Assembly: GCA_963748015.1 (NCBI GenBank)
Contig: CAVVHE010000005.1
Coordinates: forward strand, 288,001-352,000
Source: Terriglobia bacterium
GTDB taxonomy: Bacteria; Acidobacteriota; Polarisedimenticolia; Polarisedimenticolales; JAIQFR01
Direction of reading: 5' to 3'
Length of the DNA stretch: 64,000 bases
Below are positions 28,436-38,500 of this stretch, piece by piece (positions within the stretch are counted from its first letter, which is position 1; every line of letters begins with the position of its first letter). The position numbers were made by a program, and so were the translations under genes. The notes under the pieces were generated by a model. It was not told where the DNA came from and searched no databases. It worked only from the letters and a program-made list of their open reading frames with translations.

Positions 28436-29584
28436 ATGACCCGGAAACGGAGCGAGAGGAAGACGATGCGGCACGACGCGACCTTCACCCTGAACCCCTC
28501 GAAGATGCGCCTCACCCCGCGGCACGCCGCCTTGGCGCTTATCGCGGCCTCGCTCCTCGCCGCGGCGTGCGGCGGAGGTCACGAGGCCGCGAGGCCCGAC
28601 GCGGGCCCGCCGGTCGCCGCGAAGGTGGCCGCGGTCGAGGAGGTCGTGTGGGCGAGGCCGCTCACGGTCACCGCGGGTGTCAGCCCGCTGCGACGCGCGA
28701 CGCCGGGGACGATCCTGATGGGGCGCGTGGACCGGATTCTCCGCCGCGAGGGAGATCGCGTCCGCGCCGGCGAGCCTCTCGCCCGGATCGAGAGCCGCGA
28801 GGTGGCGGCCCGGTTGGCGCAGGCGGAGGCGAACGTCGCCGCGGCTTCCGCGATGGAGACGAACGCGAGGCTCATGAAGGAGCGCATGGAGCGGCTCCTC
28901 GCGAAGCAGGCCGCGACGCGCAAGAACGTCGAGGACGCGACCGCCGGGTACGACGCGGCGGCGGCGAACCTCGCGGCGGCGAAGGAGGGTGTCGCGGCCG
29001 CGCGCATGTACGTGGCCTACTCGGAGGTGGCCGCCCCTTTCGCGGGGGTCGTGGTGGAGAGGCGCGTCGAGGTGGGCGACACCGCGGCTCCGGGGATGCC
29101 GCTCTTCGTCGTGGACGACACCTCGAAGATGAAGATCGAGGCTCAGGTCCCCGAGAGCGCCCTTCGCGGCATCGCGGCCGGCAACCCGGTCGAGGTCGAG
29201 GTGGATTCCGCGGGCGGCGGCGCTCGTAGCGGGACGGTGTCGGAGGTCCTCCCGGCCGCGGACCCGAGGAGCCGCTCGTTCACGGTGCGAGTCGTGCTCG
29301 ACAACGCCGACGGCGCGCTGCGGGCGGGGATGTTCGCGCGGCTCCGCCTCGGGGGCGACGACGAGAAAGCGGTCGTCGTTCCCGAGAGCGCCGCGGTCCG
29401 CCGGGGCCCGCTCACCGGGATCTTCACCGTGGACGGCCAGGGAATCGCGCGGCTCCGATGGGTTTCGCTCGGCGAGGCGCGGGACGGGCGAATCGAGGTC
29501 CTGTCCGGGCTCGGCGCGGGCGAGCGCATCGTCACGGATCCGCCGGCCGCCCTCGAGGACGGGCGGCGGGTCGAGGTGCTCTGA
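28436..29584 (+). CDS. RND periplasmic adaptor (MFP), lipoprotein
   Basis: LLAAAC lipobox, EGDRVRAGEPLARI, APFAGVV, AGMFAR, GLGAGERIV. Confidence 0.92.
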   Translation: MTRKRSERKTMRHDATFTLNPSKMRLTPRHAALALIAASLLAAACGGGHEAARPDAGPPVAAKVAAVEEVVWARPLTVTAGVSPLRRATPGTILMGRVDRILRREGDRVRAGEPLARIESREVAARLAQAEANVAAASAMETNARLMKERMERLLAKQAATRKNVEDATAGYDAAAANLAAAKEGVAAARMYVAYSEVAAPFAGVVVERRVEVGDTAAPGMPLFVVDDTSKMKIEAQVPESALRGIAAGNPVEVEVDSAGGGARSGTVSEVLPAADPRSRSFTVRVVLDNADGALRAGMFARLRLGGDDEKAVVVPESAAVRRGPLTGIFTVDGQGIARLRWVSLGEARDGRIEVLSGLGAGERIVTDPPAALEDGRRVEVL

Positions 29585-32500
29585 TGGCCGGCGTCGGCGC
29601 CTCGGGCCGTATCGCCCGGGCATTCATCGACAACAAGCTGACGCCGCTCCTCGTCGTCGCGGCCCTGATCCTCGGCGTCCTGGCGGTGGTGGCGACGCCC
29701 CGAGAGGAGGAGCCGCAGATCGTCGTGCCGATGATCGACATCCTGGCCCCGTGGCCCGGGGCCGACGCGGCCGACGTCGAGCGCCTCGTCGCCGTGCCGC
29801 TCGAGCGCGCGGTGCGGGAGATTCCCGAGGTCGAGTATGCGTACTCGACGTCGAGGCCGTCCGGCGCGATGGTCATCGTCCGGTTCCTGGTCAACTCCGA
29901 TCCGGAGCGCGCGCTGGTCAACGTAAAGAACAAGGTCGAGAACGCGATCCCCTCCCTTCCCGCGGGGGCGATGCGCCCCTCGGTGACGCCGCGCTCCATC
30001 GACGACGTGCCGATCCTCGCGGTGACCTTCTCCTCGGACCGGTACGACCCTTTGGCGCTCCGGCGGATGGCGGCGGAGATCGAGGAGGAGATCCGGGCGG
30101 TCCCGAACGTCGCGTCCACGACCCTTCTCGGCGGGCTCCGGCGCGAGATCCGCGTCGAGCTGGATCCCGAGCGGCTCGCCGCGCGGGGCCTGGCACCGGC
30201 GGCCGTCTACATGGCGCTCGAGAAGGCGGGGAAGTCGCTCCCCGCGGGAAGCGTCGGGGCGGGCGGCCGCGAGATCCTGGTCGAGACCGGCGATTTCCTC
30301 GCGGGGGCGGACGACGTCGCGCGGGTGGTGATCGCCGCGCCGCTGGGCAACCCCGTGCGCGTCTCGGACATCGCGCGCGTCGCGGACGCCCCGGAAGAGC
30401 CGCGCAGCTACGTGTTCCACGCCGAGCGGGGAAAGCCCACCGTCCCGGCCGTCACGCTCGCGGTGGCGAAGACGCGCGGAGCGAACGCGACCGTGGTGGC
30501 CGAGGCCGCTCTCGCGCGGATCGAGGCCGTGCGCGGGCGCCTGCTGCCGGCCGACGTCTCGACGACCGTCACCCGCGACTACGGCGAGACCGCCCAGGAG
30601 AAGTCCAACGAGCTGATCTTCCACATCCTCCTCGCCACCCTCTCGGTGGTGGCGCTGATGGCGTTGGCGCTCGGCTGGCGGGAGGCGGTGGTGGTGGCGG
30701 TGGCCGTGCCGGTCACGCTCGCCCTGACGCTGCTGATCTACTACCTCTCGGGATACACGCTGAACCGCGTCACCCTCTTCGCGTTGATCTTCTCGATCGG
30801 GATCCTGGTGGACGACGCGATCGTCGTCGTCGAGAACATCCACCGCCACATGTCGCTCAGGAAGCTCCCCCCGCTGCAGGCGGCGGTCTTCGCGGTGGAC
30901 GAGGTCGGGAACCCGACGATCCTCGCCACGTTCACCGTGATCGCGGCGATCCTGCCGATGGCGTTCGTGAGCGGCCTGATGGGGCCGTACATGCGGCCGA
31001 TCCCCGTCGGCGCCTCGTTCGCCATGCTGATCTCGCTGCTCGTCGCGTTCGTGGTTTCACCGTGGATCGCCTACCGCCTGCTCCGCCACGAGGCGGCCGG
31101 CGGCGGTCACGAGGGCAACGAGGGCATCGGCGCGAGACTCTACCGCCGGATGATGGAGCCGATGCTCCGGCGGGCCGCCTACCGGTGGGGGATGCTCGCC
31201 GGGGTGGTCGTGCTCCTGCTGCTGTCCGTGGCGCTCGTCCCGCTCAAGCTCGTGACGGTCAAGATGCTCCCGTTCGACAACAAGAGCGAGATGCAGGTGA
31301 TCGTGGACGCCCCCGAGGGGACGACGCTCGAGGCCACGCTGGCGGCGGCGCGCGAAATGGCCGACCGCCTCTCCGCGGAGCCCGAGGTCCGCGGCATACA
31401 GGTCTACGCGGGGACTTCGGCGCCGTTCAACTTCAACGGCCTCGTCCGCCACTACTTCGCGCGGCAGCTGCCGAACAAGGCCGACCTCCAGGTCAATCTC
31501 CTGCCGAAAGGGGACCGGAAGGCGTCGAGCCACGCGATCGCCGGCCGGATCCGGCCGCTAGTCATCGAGATCGCGAAACGGCACGGCGTGCGGGTGAAGG
31601 TCGCCGAGATCCCGCCCGGCCCGCCCGTCCTCTCCACCCTCGTCGCCGAGGTGTACGGCCCCGACGCCGCCGTGCGGGAGGAGATCGCGCGGAAGGTCCT
31701 CGAGATCTTCGACGAGACCGCCGGCGTCGTGGACACCGACTGGTACGTCGAGGCGCCGCAGCCCAAGGCGCGGTTCGTGGTGGATCGCGAGAAGGCGGCC
31801 CTGTCGGGCGTGGACGCGGAGCAGGTCGCGGCGACGCTGCGGCTCGCGGTGGACGGCCTCTCCCCCTCGGTGGCGCATCCCGGGAACGAGCGGGAGCCCG
31901 TGCCGGTCGTCGTCCGGCTCTCCCGCGCCGAGCGCAGCAGCCTGTCGTCGCTCGGCGGGCTCAGGCTTCTCTCGGCGGCGGGTACGACCGTCCCGCTGTC
32001 CGAGGTCAGCCGGCTCGAGACCGGCTCCGCGTCGCCGTTCATCTACCGCAAGAACGGCCGGCCGGTCACCTACGTGATCGGCGACGTCGCCGGTGCCGAG
32101 GAGTCGCCCGCCTACGCGATCCTGAACATGTCCGAGCGGATCCGATCGATCTCGGTGCCGCGGGGCTACACGGTGGACGAGCGGATGGTGGACGACCCGT
32201 CGAAGGGAGACCGCGAGGCCGTGGTTTGGGACGGCGAGTGGCGGATCACCTACGAGGTCTTCCGCGACCTGGGGATCGCGTTCGGCGCGGTGCTGGTGCT
32301 GATCTACATCCTCGTGGTCGCCTGGTTCCGGTCGTTCGTGGTGCCGCTCCTGATCATGGCCCCGATCCCGCTGACCCTGGTGGGCATCCTGCCGGGCCAC
32401 GCGCTGACCGGCCTGTTCTTCACCGCGACGTCCATGATCGGCATGATCGCGCTGGCCGGGATCATCGTCCGCAACTCGATCCTGCTCGTGGACTTCATCG

Positions 32501-32775
32501 AGCTCTCCATGGAGCGCGGGCTCTCGCTGTACGAGGCGGTCCTCGAGGCCGGTGCGGTCCGGTTCCGGCCGATCGCCCTCACCGCGGCGGCCGTCATCGT
32601 CGGCGGCATCGTCATGGTGCTCGACCCCATCTTCCAGGGACTCGCGGTCGCGCTGATGAGCGGGGTGTTCGTCTCGACCGCCCTGACGCTGGTCGTGATC
32701 CCGCTCCTGTACTTCATGATGATGCGGCGGCGCGCGCCGGCCGAAGCACCCGCCGCCGGGGAGGACCGCCCATGA
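29584..32775 (+). CDS. RND efflux permease
   Basis: About 1063 aa; PREEEPQI, GILVDDAIVVVEN, GIIVRNSILLVDF, RFRPIALT. Confidence 0.95.
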   Translation: MAGVGASGRIARAFIDNKLTPLLVVAALILGVLAVVATPREEEPQIVVPMIDILAPWPGADAADVERLVAVPLERAVREIPEVEYAYSTSRPSGAMVIVRFLVNSDPERALVNVKNKVENAIPSLPAGAMRPSVTPRSIDDVPILAVTFSSDRYDPLALRRMAAEIEEEIRAVPNVASTTLLGGLRREIRVELDPERLAARGLAPAAVYMALEKAGKSLPAGSVGAGGREILVETGDFLAGADDVARVVIAAPLGNPVRVSDIARVADAPEEPRSYVFHAERGKPTVPAVTLAVAKTRGANATVVAEAALARIEAVRGRLLPADVSTTVTRDYGETAQEKSNELIFHILLATLSVVALMALALGWREAVVVAVAVPVTLALTLLIYYLSGYTLNRVTLFALIFSIGILVDDAIVVVENIHRHMSLRKLPPLQAAVFAVDEVGNPTILATFTVIAAILPMAFVSGLMGPYMRPIPVGASFAMLISLLVAFVVSPWIAYRLLRHEAAGGGHEGNEGIGARLYRRMMEPMLRRAAYRWGMLAGVVVLLLLSVALVPLKLVTVKMLPFDNKSEMQVIVDAPEGTTLEATLAAAREMADRLSAEPEVRGIQVYAGTSAPFNFNGLVRHYFARQLPNKADLQVNLLPKGDRKASSHAIAGRIRPLVIEIAKRHGVRVKVAEIPPGPPVLSTLVAEVYGPDAAVREEIARKVLEIFDETAGVVDTDWYVEAPQPKARFVVDREKAALSGVDAEQVAATLRLAVDGLSPSVAHPGNEREPVPVVVRLSRAERSSLSSLGGLRLLSAAGTTVPLSEVSRLETGSASPFIYRKNGRPVTYVIGDVAGAEESPAYAILNMSERIRSISVPRGYTVDERMVDDPSKGDREAVVWDGEWRITYEVFRDLGIAFGAVLVLIYILVVAWFRSFVVPLLIMAPIPLTLVGILPGHALTGLFFTATSMIGMIALAGIIVRNSILLVDFIELSMERGLSLYEAVLEAGAVRFRPIALTAAAVIVGGIVMVLDPIFQGLAVALMSGVFVSTALTLVVIPLLYFMMMRRRAPAEAPAAGEDRP

Positions 32776-33062
32776 GGATGCTCATGATCTTCTGCGCCGG
32801 ATCGAACGTGCACGCGGTCCGCCGGCTGATCGACGCTCACGAGGTGCACGGCTACACCGAGATCCCGGATCTCATCGGCTCGGGAACGACGGGGCTGCAC
32901 ATGGGGACTCGCGCGCACCCGGGTACCTCGGCGCTGATCCTCGCGGCAACGGACAAGGCGAAAGCCGACGAGCTCGTCGGAGCCCTCGGGGACCTCGCGC
33001 GGACCTGCGCCCCCGAGGAGGGGCTGCGCGTCTTCGTGCTTCCGGTGGAGAAAACGATCTAG
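32772..33062 (+). CDS. P-II-like transporter-associated protein (paralog 1)
   Basis: 96 aa; GYTEIP...GSG.TG.H.GT..HPG...GLRVFVLPVEK; ATGA overlap with the permease. Confidence 0.75.
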   Translation: MRMLMIFCAGSNVHAVRRLIDAHEVHGYTEIPDLIGSGTTGLHMGTRAHPGTSALILAATDKAKADELVGALGDLARTCAPEEGLRVFVLPVEKTI

Positions 33063-33098
33063 GCGAAGTCGGGGAACGGTCCCCGAGCGGAGCGGAAC

Positions 33099-33389
33099 AT
33101 GAAGCAGATCACCGTCCTTTACAGCTCGGATCTCGCGGAGACCGTCCAGGACGCGCTCGTGCGCGCCGGGGTGGAGGGATTCCTGCGCATCCCCGGGGCG
33201 GTGGGCATGAAGCCGGGTGCCGCCGCGGAGCACGGGCGCTACCCGCGCTGGGAAGCCGAGATGCTCGTCGCACCCGTCGCGGACGCGGTGGCGGACGAGG
33301 TCGTGGCCGGGCTTCGTTCCTTCGCCGGACGTTGCGAGGTCGAGCCCTGCATGCGTATCCTGGTCTCGAGCCTGGAGGCGGTGTACTGA
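33099..33389 (+). CDS. P-II-like protein (paralog 2)
   Basis: 96 aa; same length and pattern as paralog 1 (GVEGFLRIP..G, C-terminal RILVSSLEAVY). Confidence 0.65.
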   Translation: MKQITVLYSSDLAETVQDALVRAGVEGFLRIPGAVGMKPGAAAEHGRYPRWEAEMLVAPVADAVADEVVAGLRSFAGRCEVEPCMRILVSSLEAVY

Positions 33390-33577
33390 TGGAGAGCCTG
33401 GGCAATTCGCTCGTCCTGGTCGGGATCATCGCGGGATGGTTCGTGCTGAACCGCTACGTCCTCCCACGGGCCGGCATTCCCACCTGAATGGCCCCCGGAT
33501 GCGGCCCCGCGGAGCGGGGCATGACGGACGGGCCCCCGGCGAGCCACGACGAGAAGCTCGAGTCCGGGCGCGAGTGA
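33389..33577 (+). CDS. Small single-TM candidate selenoprotein (UxxxxC), 62 aa with read-through
   Basis: TGATG coupling; MESLGNSLVLVGIIAGWFVLNRYVLPRAGIPT-UGA(33485-87)-MAPGCGPAERG...; hairpin 23 nt downstream. Confidence 0.7.
33504..33520 (+). promoter_or_regulatory. SECIS-like hairpin
   Basis: GCCCCGC-GGA-GCGGGGC, extendable by AU/AU pairs with a bulge; loop 23 nt after the UGA. Confidence 0.65.
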
Positions 33578-33595
33578 ACCCACGGTAGCGCGACG

Positions 33596-35359
33596 CTACG
33601 GGGCTCCCGGAGGGGGCACGCGGCGCCTCGTCGCCTGCTCGAAGGAGTAGGCGAGAGCGAGGAGACGTGGCTCGCTGCACGCCATGCCGGTGAAGCTGAC
33701 GCCGTAGGGGGACGGCTTCGCGTTGAACCCCTCAGGGAACGGCGCGGCCGGAGCCGTGGGCGCGTTGGGCACCGTGCCGAAGGGCACGATCACGGTCGGG
33801 TAGCCGGGCCTCGCCGCCAGGGCGGCGCCGGACGGGCCGGGGAAGAGGAGCGCGTCCAGGTCGTTCGCCTTCATCACCTCGTCGATGCCGTGCGTGGCCG
33901 AGAGGGCGACGTCTCTCGCACGGTCGGCTTCGTAGCGCGCTTTGTCCGCCTGCACGTCCATCTCGTCGGAAATGTCGAGGTTGGACTGCCCGTACTTCAG
34001 CGCCCCGGCCTTCGTGTGGGTCAGGTTCCACAGCCTAAGCTCGGTCAGCGTCTTGACGGGTGCCCCCGGGCCGAGCGACGCGAGCCACTTGTTGAAGTCG
34101 CGCTTCATGCCGTACTTGAAAGCCACCGAGCAGTCCGCGTCCTTCCCCTTCGCCTCGCTCCACCCCGAGCAGATGCCCCACAGCAGGAAATTCCTCGCCG
34201 GGTCCTTGTCGACCACGCTCGGGATGTCCGCCGGGTCCACGAGCACGGCGCCCTGTTTGCGGAGGACCTCGATGGCCTCGGTCATGACCTTGGCCTGGTC
34301 GGCGTTCAGGCCGCCGCGCGGCTCCTTCGCCCCGGGCGGAGCGAACTTGTCGTAGAAGAACGCGCGCGGGATGCCGATCCGCGCGCCCTTCAGGGCTCCC
34401 GCGTCGAGGAACTTCGTGTAGTCGCGGCCGGGCGGGGGCGCGCAGGCCTTCGTGGCCGGGTCGTCGGGGTCGGGAGCCGCGCCCTCGAGCGCGCCGAGGA
34501 GAATGGCCGCGTCCGCGACCGTCCGGGCCATCGGCCCCGGCGTGTCCTGGTCCGCGGTGATGGGGATGACGCCGTGGCGGCTGATCCGCCCCACCGTCGG
34601 CTTGACCGCCACGAGCATGGTCTGGTTGGCGGGGGAGAGGATCGAGCCGGACGTCTCGGTGCCCACGTTGGCGGCCCAGAAGCTAGCCGAGGTTCCGATG
34701 CCGCTCGACGAGCCGCCGGTGAATAGAGCCGGCCGCCCGTCGCCGGTCGCATCGCGCGGATCGCGCCTCGGGTCGTAGGGGTTGAACCCGAACCCGCCGA
34801 CGGCGTTGTAGTTCGCGGGCATCGGGCTCGGGGAGCCGGCCACCCAGTTGGCGAGCTCGGTCATGCCGGTCTTCGCGATGACGATCGCGCCGGCGTCGCG
34901 CAGATTCTTCGTCAGGGTCGCTTCGTAAGACGGCACGTACCCGTCGAAGGCGAGCGCGCCGCCGGTCGTGGGCATGTTCGTCGTGTGGATGTTGTCCTTC
35001 AGGGCGATCGGGATGCCGTGGAGCGGCCCCCGGATCCTTCCCTGAGCGCGCTCGCGGTCGCGCTCCTCGGCCTCCTTCAGGGCATCCGGGTTGACGGTGA
35101 TCGCCGCGTGCAGCTTGTCCTCGTAGAACGCGATCCGCGTCAGGCTCGAGACGACGAGGTCCCGCGAGGTGACGCGCCCCTGCTCCTGGGCCTTCTGCAT
35201 CTCCGCGATCGTCGCCTCGGCGACGGAGAACGGGGCGCCGGCGGAGGCGGCGTCGGTCCCGCGCCTTCCCCGTGGCTGCGCCGCGGCGAGCAGGACCACG
35301 AAGAGGAGGAGCATCGGCAAGACGCTCCGGTAACGATTGATCCCGCCATGTTCCCGCAA
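33596..35359 (-). CDS. Amidase-signature family enzyme, exported
   Basis: GPLHGIPIALKDNI, GGSSSG, GTETSGS; exact start uncertain. Confidence 0.92.
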   Translation of the reverse strand: MREHGGINRYRSVLPMLLLFVVLLAAAQPRGRRGTDAASAGAPFSVAEATIAEMQKAQEQGRVTSRDLVVSSLTRIAFYEDKLHAAITVNPDALKEAEERDRERAQGRIRGPLHGIPIALKDNIHTTNMPTTGGALAFDGYVPSYEATLTKNLRDAGAIVIAKTGMTELANWVAGSPSPMPANYNAVGGFGFNPYDPRRDPRDATGDGRPALFTGGSSSGIGTSASFWAANVGTETSGSILSPANQTMLVAVKPTVGRISRHGVIPITADQDTPGPMARTVADAAILLGALEGAAPDPDDPATKACAPPPGRDYTKFLDAGALKGARIGIPRAFFYDKFAPPGAKEPRGGLNADQAKVMTEAIEVLRKQGAVLVDPADIPSVVDKDPARNFLLWGICSGWSEAKGKDADCSVAFKYGMKRDFNKWLASLGPGAPVKTLTELRLWNLTHTKAGALKYGQSNLDISDEMDVQADKARYEADRARDVALSATHGIDEVMKANDLDALLFPGPSGAALAARPGYPTVIVPFGTVPNAPTAPAAPFPEGFNAKPSPYGVSFTGMACSEPRLLALAYSFEQATRRRVPPPGAP

Positions 35360-35573
35360 GGTCCTCTCCTTCCCTTTCGAAGCCTACGCCACCGGCGGAC
35401 CCGATTCTCCTCAGGCTTTCGCGCAATTTCAAGCTATTTGCCGCCGGGCGCAAAAAGGCTCGCGCCACCGGGGAAAGGTCGTGTCCGCGGACGGAATTCG
35501 GCGTAACCTCTCGGCACGTAGAGGTCGCGACCCGGTAGATGCGTGGCGCGGTCCGCCAAAGTGGAGGTGTGCG

Positions 35574-38500
35574 ATGCGCGCGGGAGATCGCGTACGTTCC
35601 ACCATCGTCACGATCGCGGTGCTGGGCTTGCTGGCCGCGTCGGGCGCCGTCGCCTCCGAGCCCACCGCTGCCGCGCCGGAGCGCGACGAGCCTCGAGCGC
35701 TTTCCTTCGAGGACCGCCTTGCGGCGCAGTGGGCGATCGAGCGAGTTTACTGGGCCCACCGGATCTGGCCGAAGGACAACCCGGGCCCGAAGCCACCGCT
35801 CGAGCAGGTCGTCTCGCCCGAGACGATCCGGGCGAAAGTCGAGGCTTACCTCGGGAAGTCGAACGCCCTCGACGCTTACTGGCAGCGGCCTCTCACGGCG
35901 GCGCAGCTGCGGGCCGAGATGGAGAGGATCGCCCGGGAAAGCCGCAACCCCGAGGTCCTCCGCGAGCTGCTCGGAGCCCTCGGGAACGATCCGCTCCGGA
36001 TCGCCGAGTGCCTGGCGCGGCCCGCGCTGGCCGATCGGCTGGCGAGGGCGTACTTCGACGCGGACGACGGCGCGGCGGGGCCCAAGCTCGCGTTCGACGA
36101 CTGGTGGGCCGACGCGAAGGGGACGATCGCGCTCGAGCTCCCGCTTCCAGCGACCTCCTACGAGATGATCGAGCCCGACGGCATGGGATGTACCGACGAC
36201 TCGTGGCTACCGATCGCGAACGGCTCGCCGGATCCGCGCAGCCGCTCGACCGCGGTGTGGACCGGCACCGAGATGATCGTCTGGGGCGGCTTCGACGACG
36301 ACAACGTCTCGAACAACGGCTATCGGTACAACCCGGCCACGGACACCTGGACCCCGACCAGCACCGGCACCGACGTGCCGTCGCCGCGCCGGTACCACAC
36401 CGCGGTCTGGACGGGCACGCGCATGATCGTCTGGGGCGGCGAGTCGGCGTACGGGCCGTCGACGTCGCGCGTCAATTCCGGCGGAAGCTACGATCCCGTC
36501 TCCGACACGTGGACGGCGACGAGCACCGGGACGAGCTGCCCTTCGGCGCGGGAGAAGCACTCCGCGGTCTGGACCGGAAGCCTCATGCTCGTCTGGGGGG
36601 GAAACGGACCGGCCTACGACACCGGATACACGGGAGGCCGCTACAACCCGGCCACGGACAGCTGGACCAAGACGGCCGACGCCACGATCAATGTGCCCCT
36701 CCCGAGGGATTCACACTCGGCGGTGTGGACCGGGACGTACATGGTGATCTGGGGCGGAGCCTCCACCCAGGGGATCGTCGTGTTCGCCGATGGCGGGCGG
36801 TACAACCCGCTCACGGACTCGTGGCTCGCCGTAAACACCTCGGGGGCGCCCGCCGCGCGCGCCAACCATCGCGCGGTGTGGACCGGCAGCGTCATGATCG
36901 TGAAGGGTGGGAATTCGTCCCCGGTCACGGGCGGCCGCTACGATCCGGGTTCGGACACGTGGGCGCCGACCTCGACGATCGGCGCTCCCGCGGGGGGCGG
37001 CGGAACGGCCGTGTGGACCGGCAGCGAGATGATCGTCTGGGGCGGCGGCACGAACACGGGAGCCCGGTACGATCCGGTCGCCGACAACTGGACCTCGACC
37101 GGCACCGGCGCCAACGTGCCATCGATCCGAGCCGATCATGTCGCCGTCTGGACCGGAACCGAGATGATCGTCTGGGGAGGCCAGAGGGACACCGTCCCCA
37201 TGCGGACCGGAGGGCGTTACAGCCCCGCCTCGGATTCGTGGGTCCCGACGAGCGTGGGAAGCGGGGTTCCGCCGGCGAGCTCCAGCCTGGCTGCCGTCTG
37301 GACGGGCGCCGAGATGATCGTGTGGGGCGGCCAGGTCGGGTCCATCGTGGGTTCCAGCTCGGGCGGCAGCTACGATCCCGCGCTGGATCGGTGGACCCCG
37401 ACGGCCTCCACGAATGCTCCCAGCGCGCGCCTCAACCACACCGCGGTCTGGACCGGCGCCGAGATGCTCGTCTGGGGAGGCCAGTACAACTCGGGCGGCG
37501 TGCAGAACACGGGAAGCCGCTACGATCCGATCGCCGACCGGTGGACATTCACGAGCATCGGCACGAACGTCCCGTCGAGTCGGGCCGCGCACGCCGCGGT
37601 CTGGACCGGCACGCGCATGGTGGTCTGGGGAGGCCGGACCTCGTCCGGGAATACGAGCACGGGGGCGCGCTACGATCCGTCCACCGACAGCTGGGCACCC
37701 ACATCCCTGGTGGGCGCTCCGACCGCGCGGACCGGTCACGCCGCGGTCTGGACGGGGACCGAGCTGATCGTCTGGGGCGGGAGCGACACCAACACAGGCG
37801 GGCGCTACAACCCGGCCTCCGACGCGTGGACGCCGACCGGCACCGGAGCGAACGTGCCGTCCGCGCGTAGCATCGCGGCTGCGGCGTGGACGGGGACCGA
37901 GATGATCGTCTGGGGAGGCCAGGGCCCCGGTAGCGGCGCCGCGCTGAACACCGGCGGACGGTACAACCCCTCCACCGATCTGTGGACCGCGACCAGCGCC
38001 GGCGCGGGCGTACCCGCGGCGCGATACCGGCACTCGCTGGTCTGGACCGGAACGGAGATGATCGCGTGGGGTGGCTGGGACGGCTCGCAGAGGTTCAACA
38101 CCGGGGGACGCTACGACCCGGCCGGCAATTCGTGGAGCGCGACGAGCACGGGCACGAACGCCCCGTTCGGGCGCCACTCCCACACGGCGGTGAGGACCGA
38201 GAGTGAGATGATCGTGTGGGGAGGCGACTCGCTCACGGCCTCGGGGGCGAGGTACTGCACCGAGCCTTGCACCCCGCAGGCCTGGTACCAGGACGGGGAC
38301 GGCGACCGGTACGGCAACCCCTCGGTGACCCAGTCCTCGTGCACGAAGCCGTCGGGGTACGTCGCCGTGGCCGGAGACTGCGCCGACGGGAACGCCTCCG
38401 CCCACCCGTACGCGACCGAGGTCTGCAACTCGATCGACGACGATTGCGACGGGAAGGTGGACGAGGGATTCGACGCGGACAACGACGGGTACACGTCGTG

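Noticed and set aside
29751..32771. 1103-aa alternative-frame ORF over the RND permease
   Set aside because: Arg/Gly/Pro-rich frame artefact; only its last 96 codons (from ATG 32772) look like a real gene
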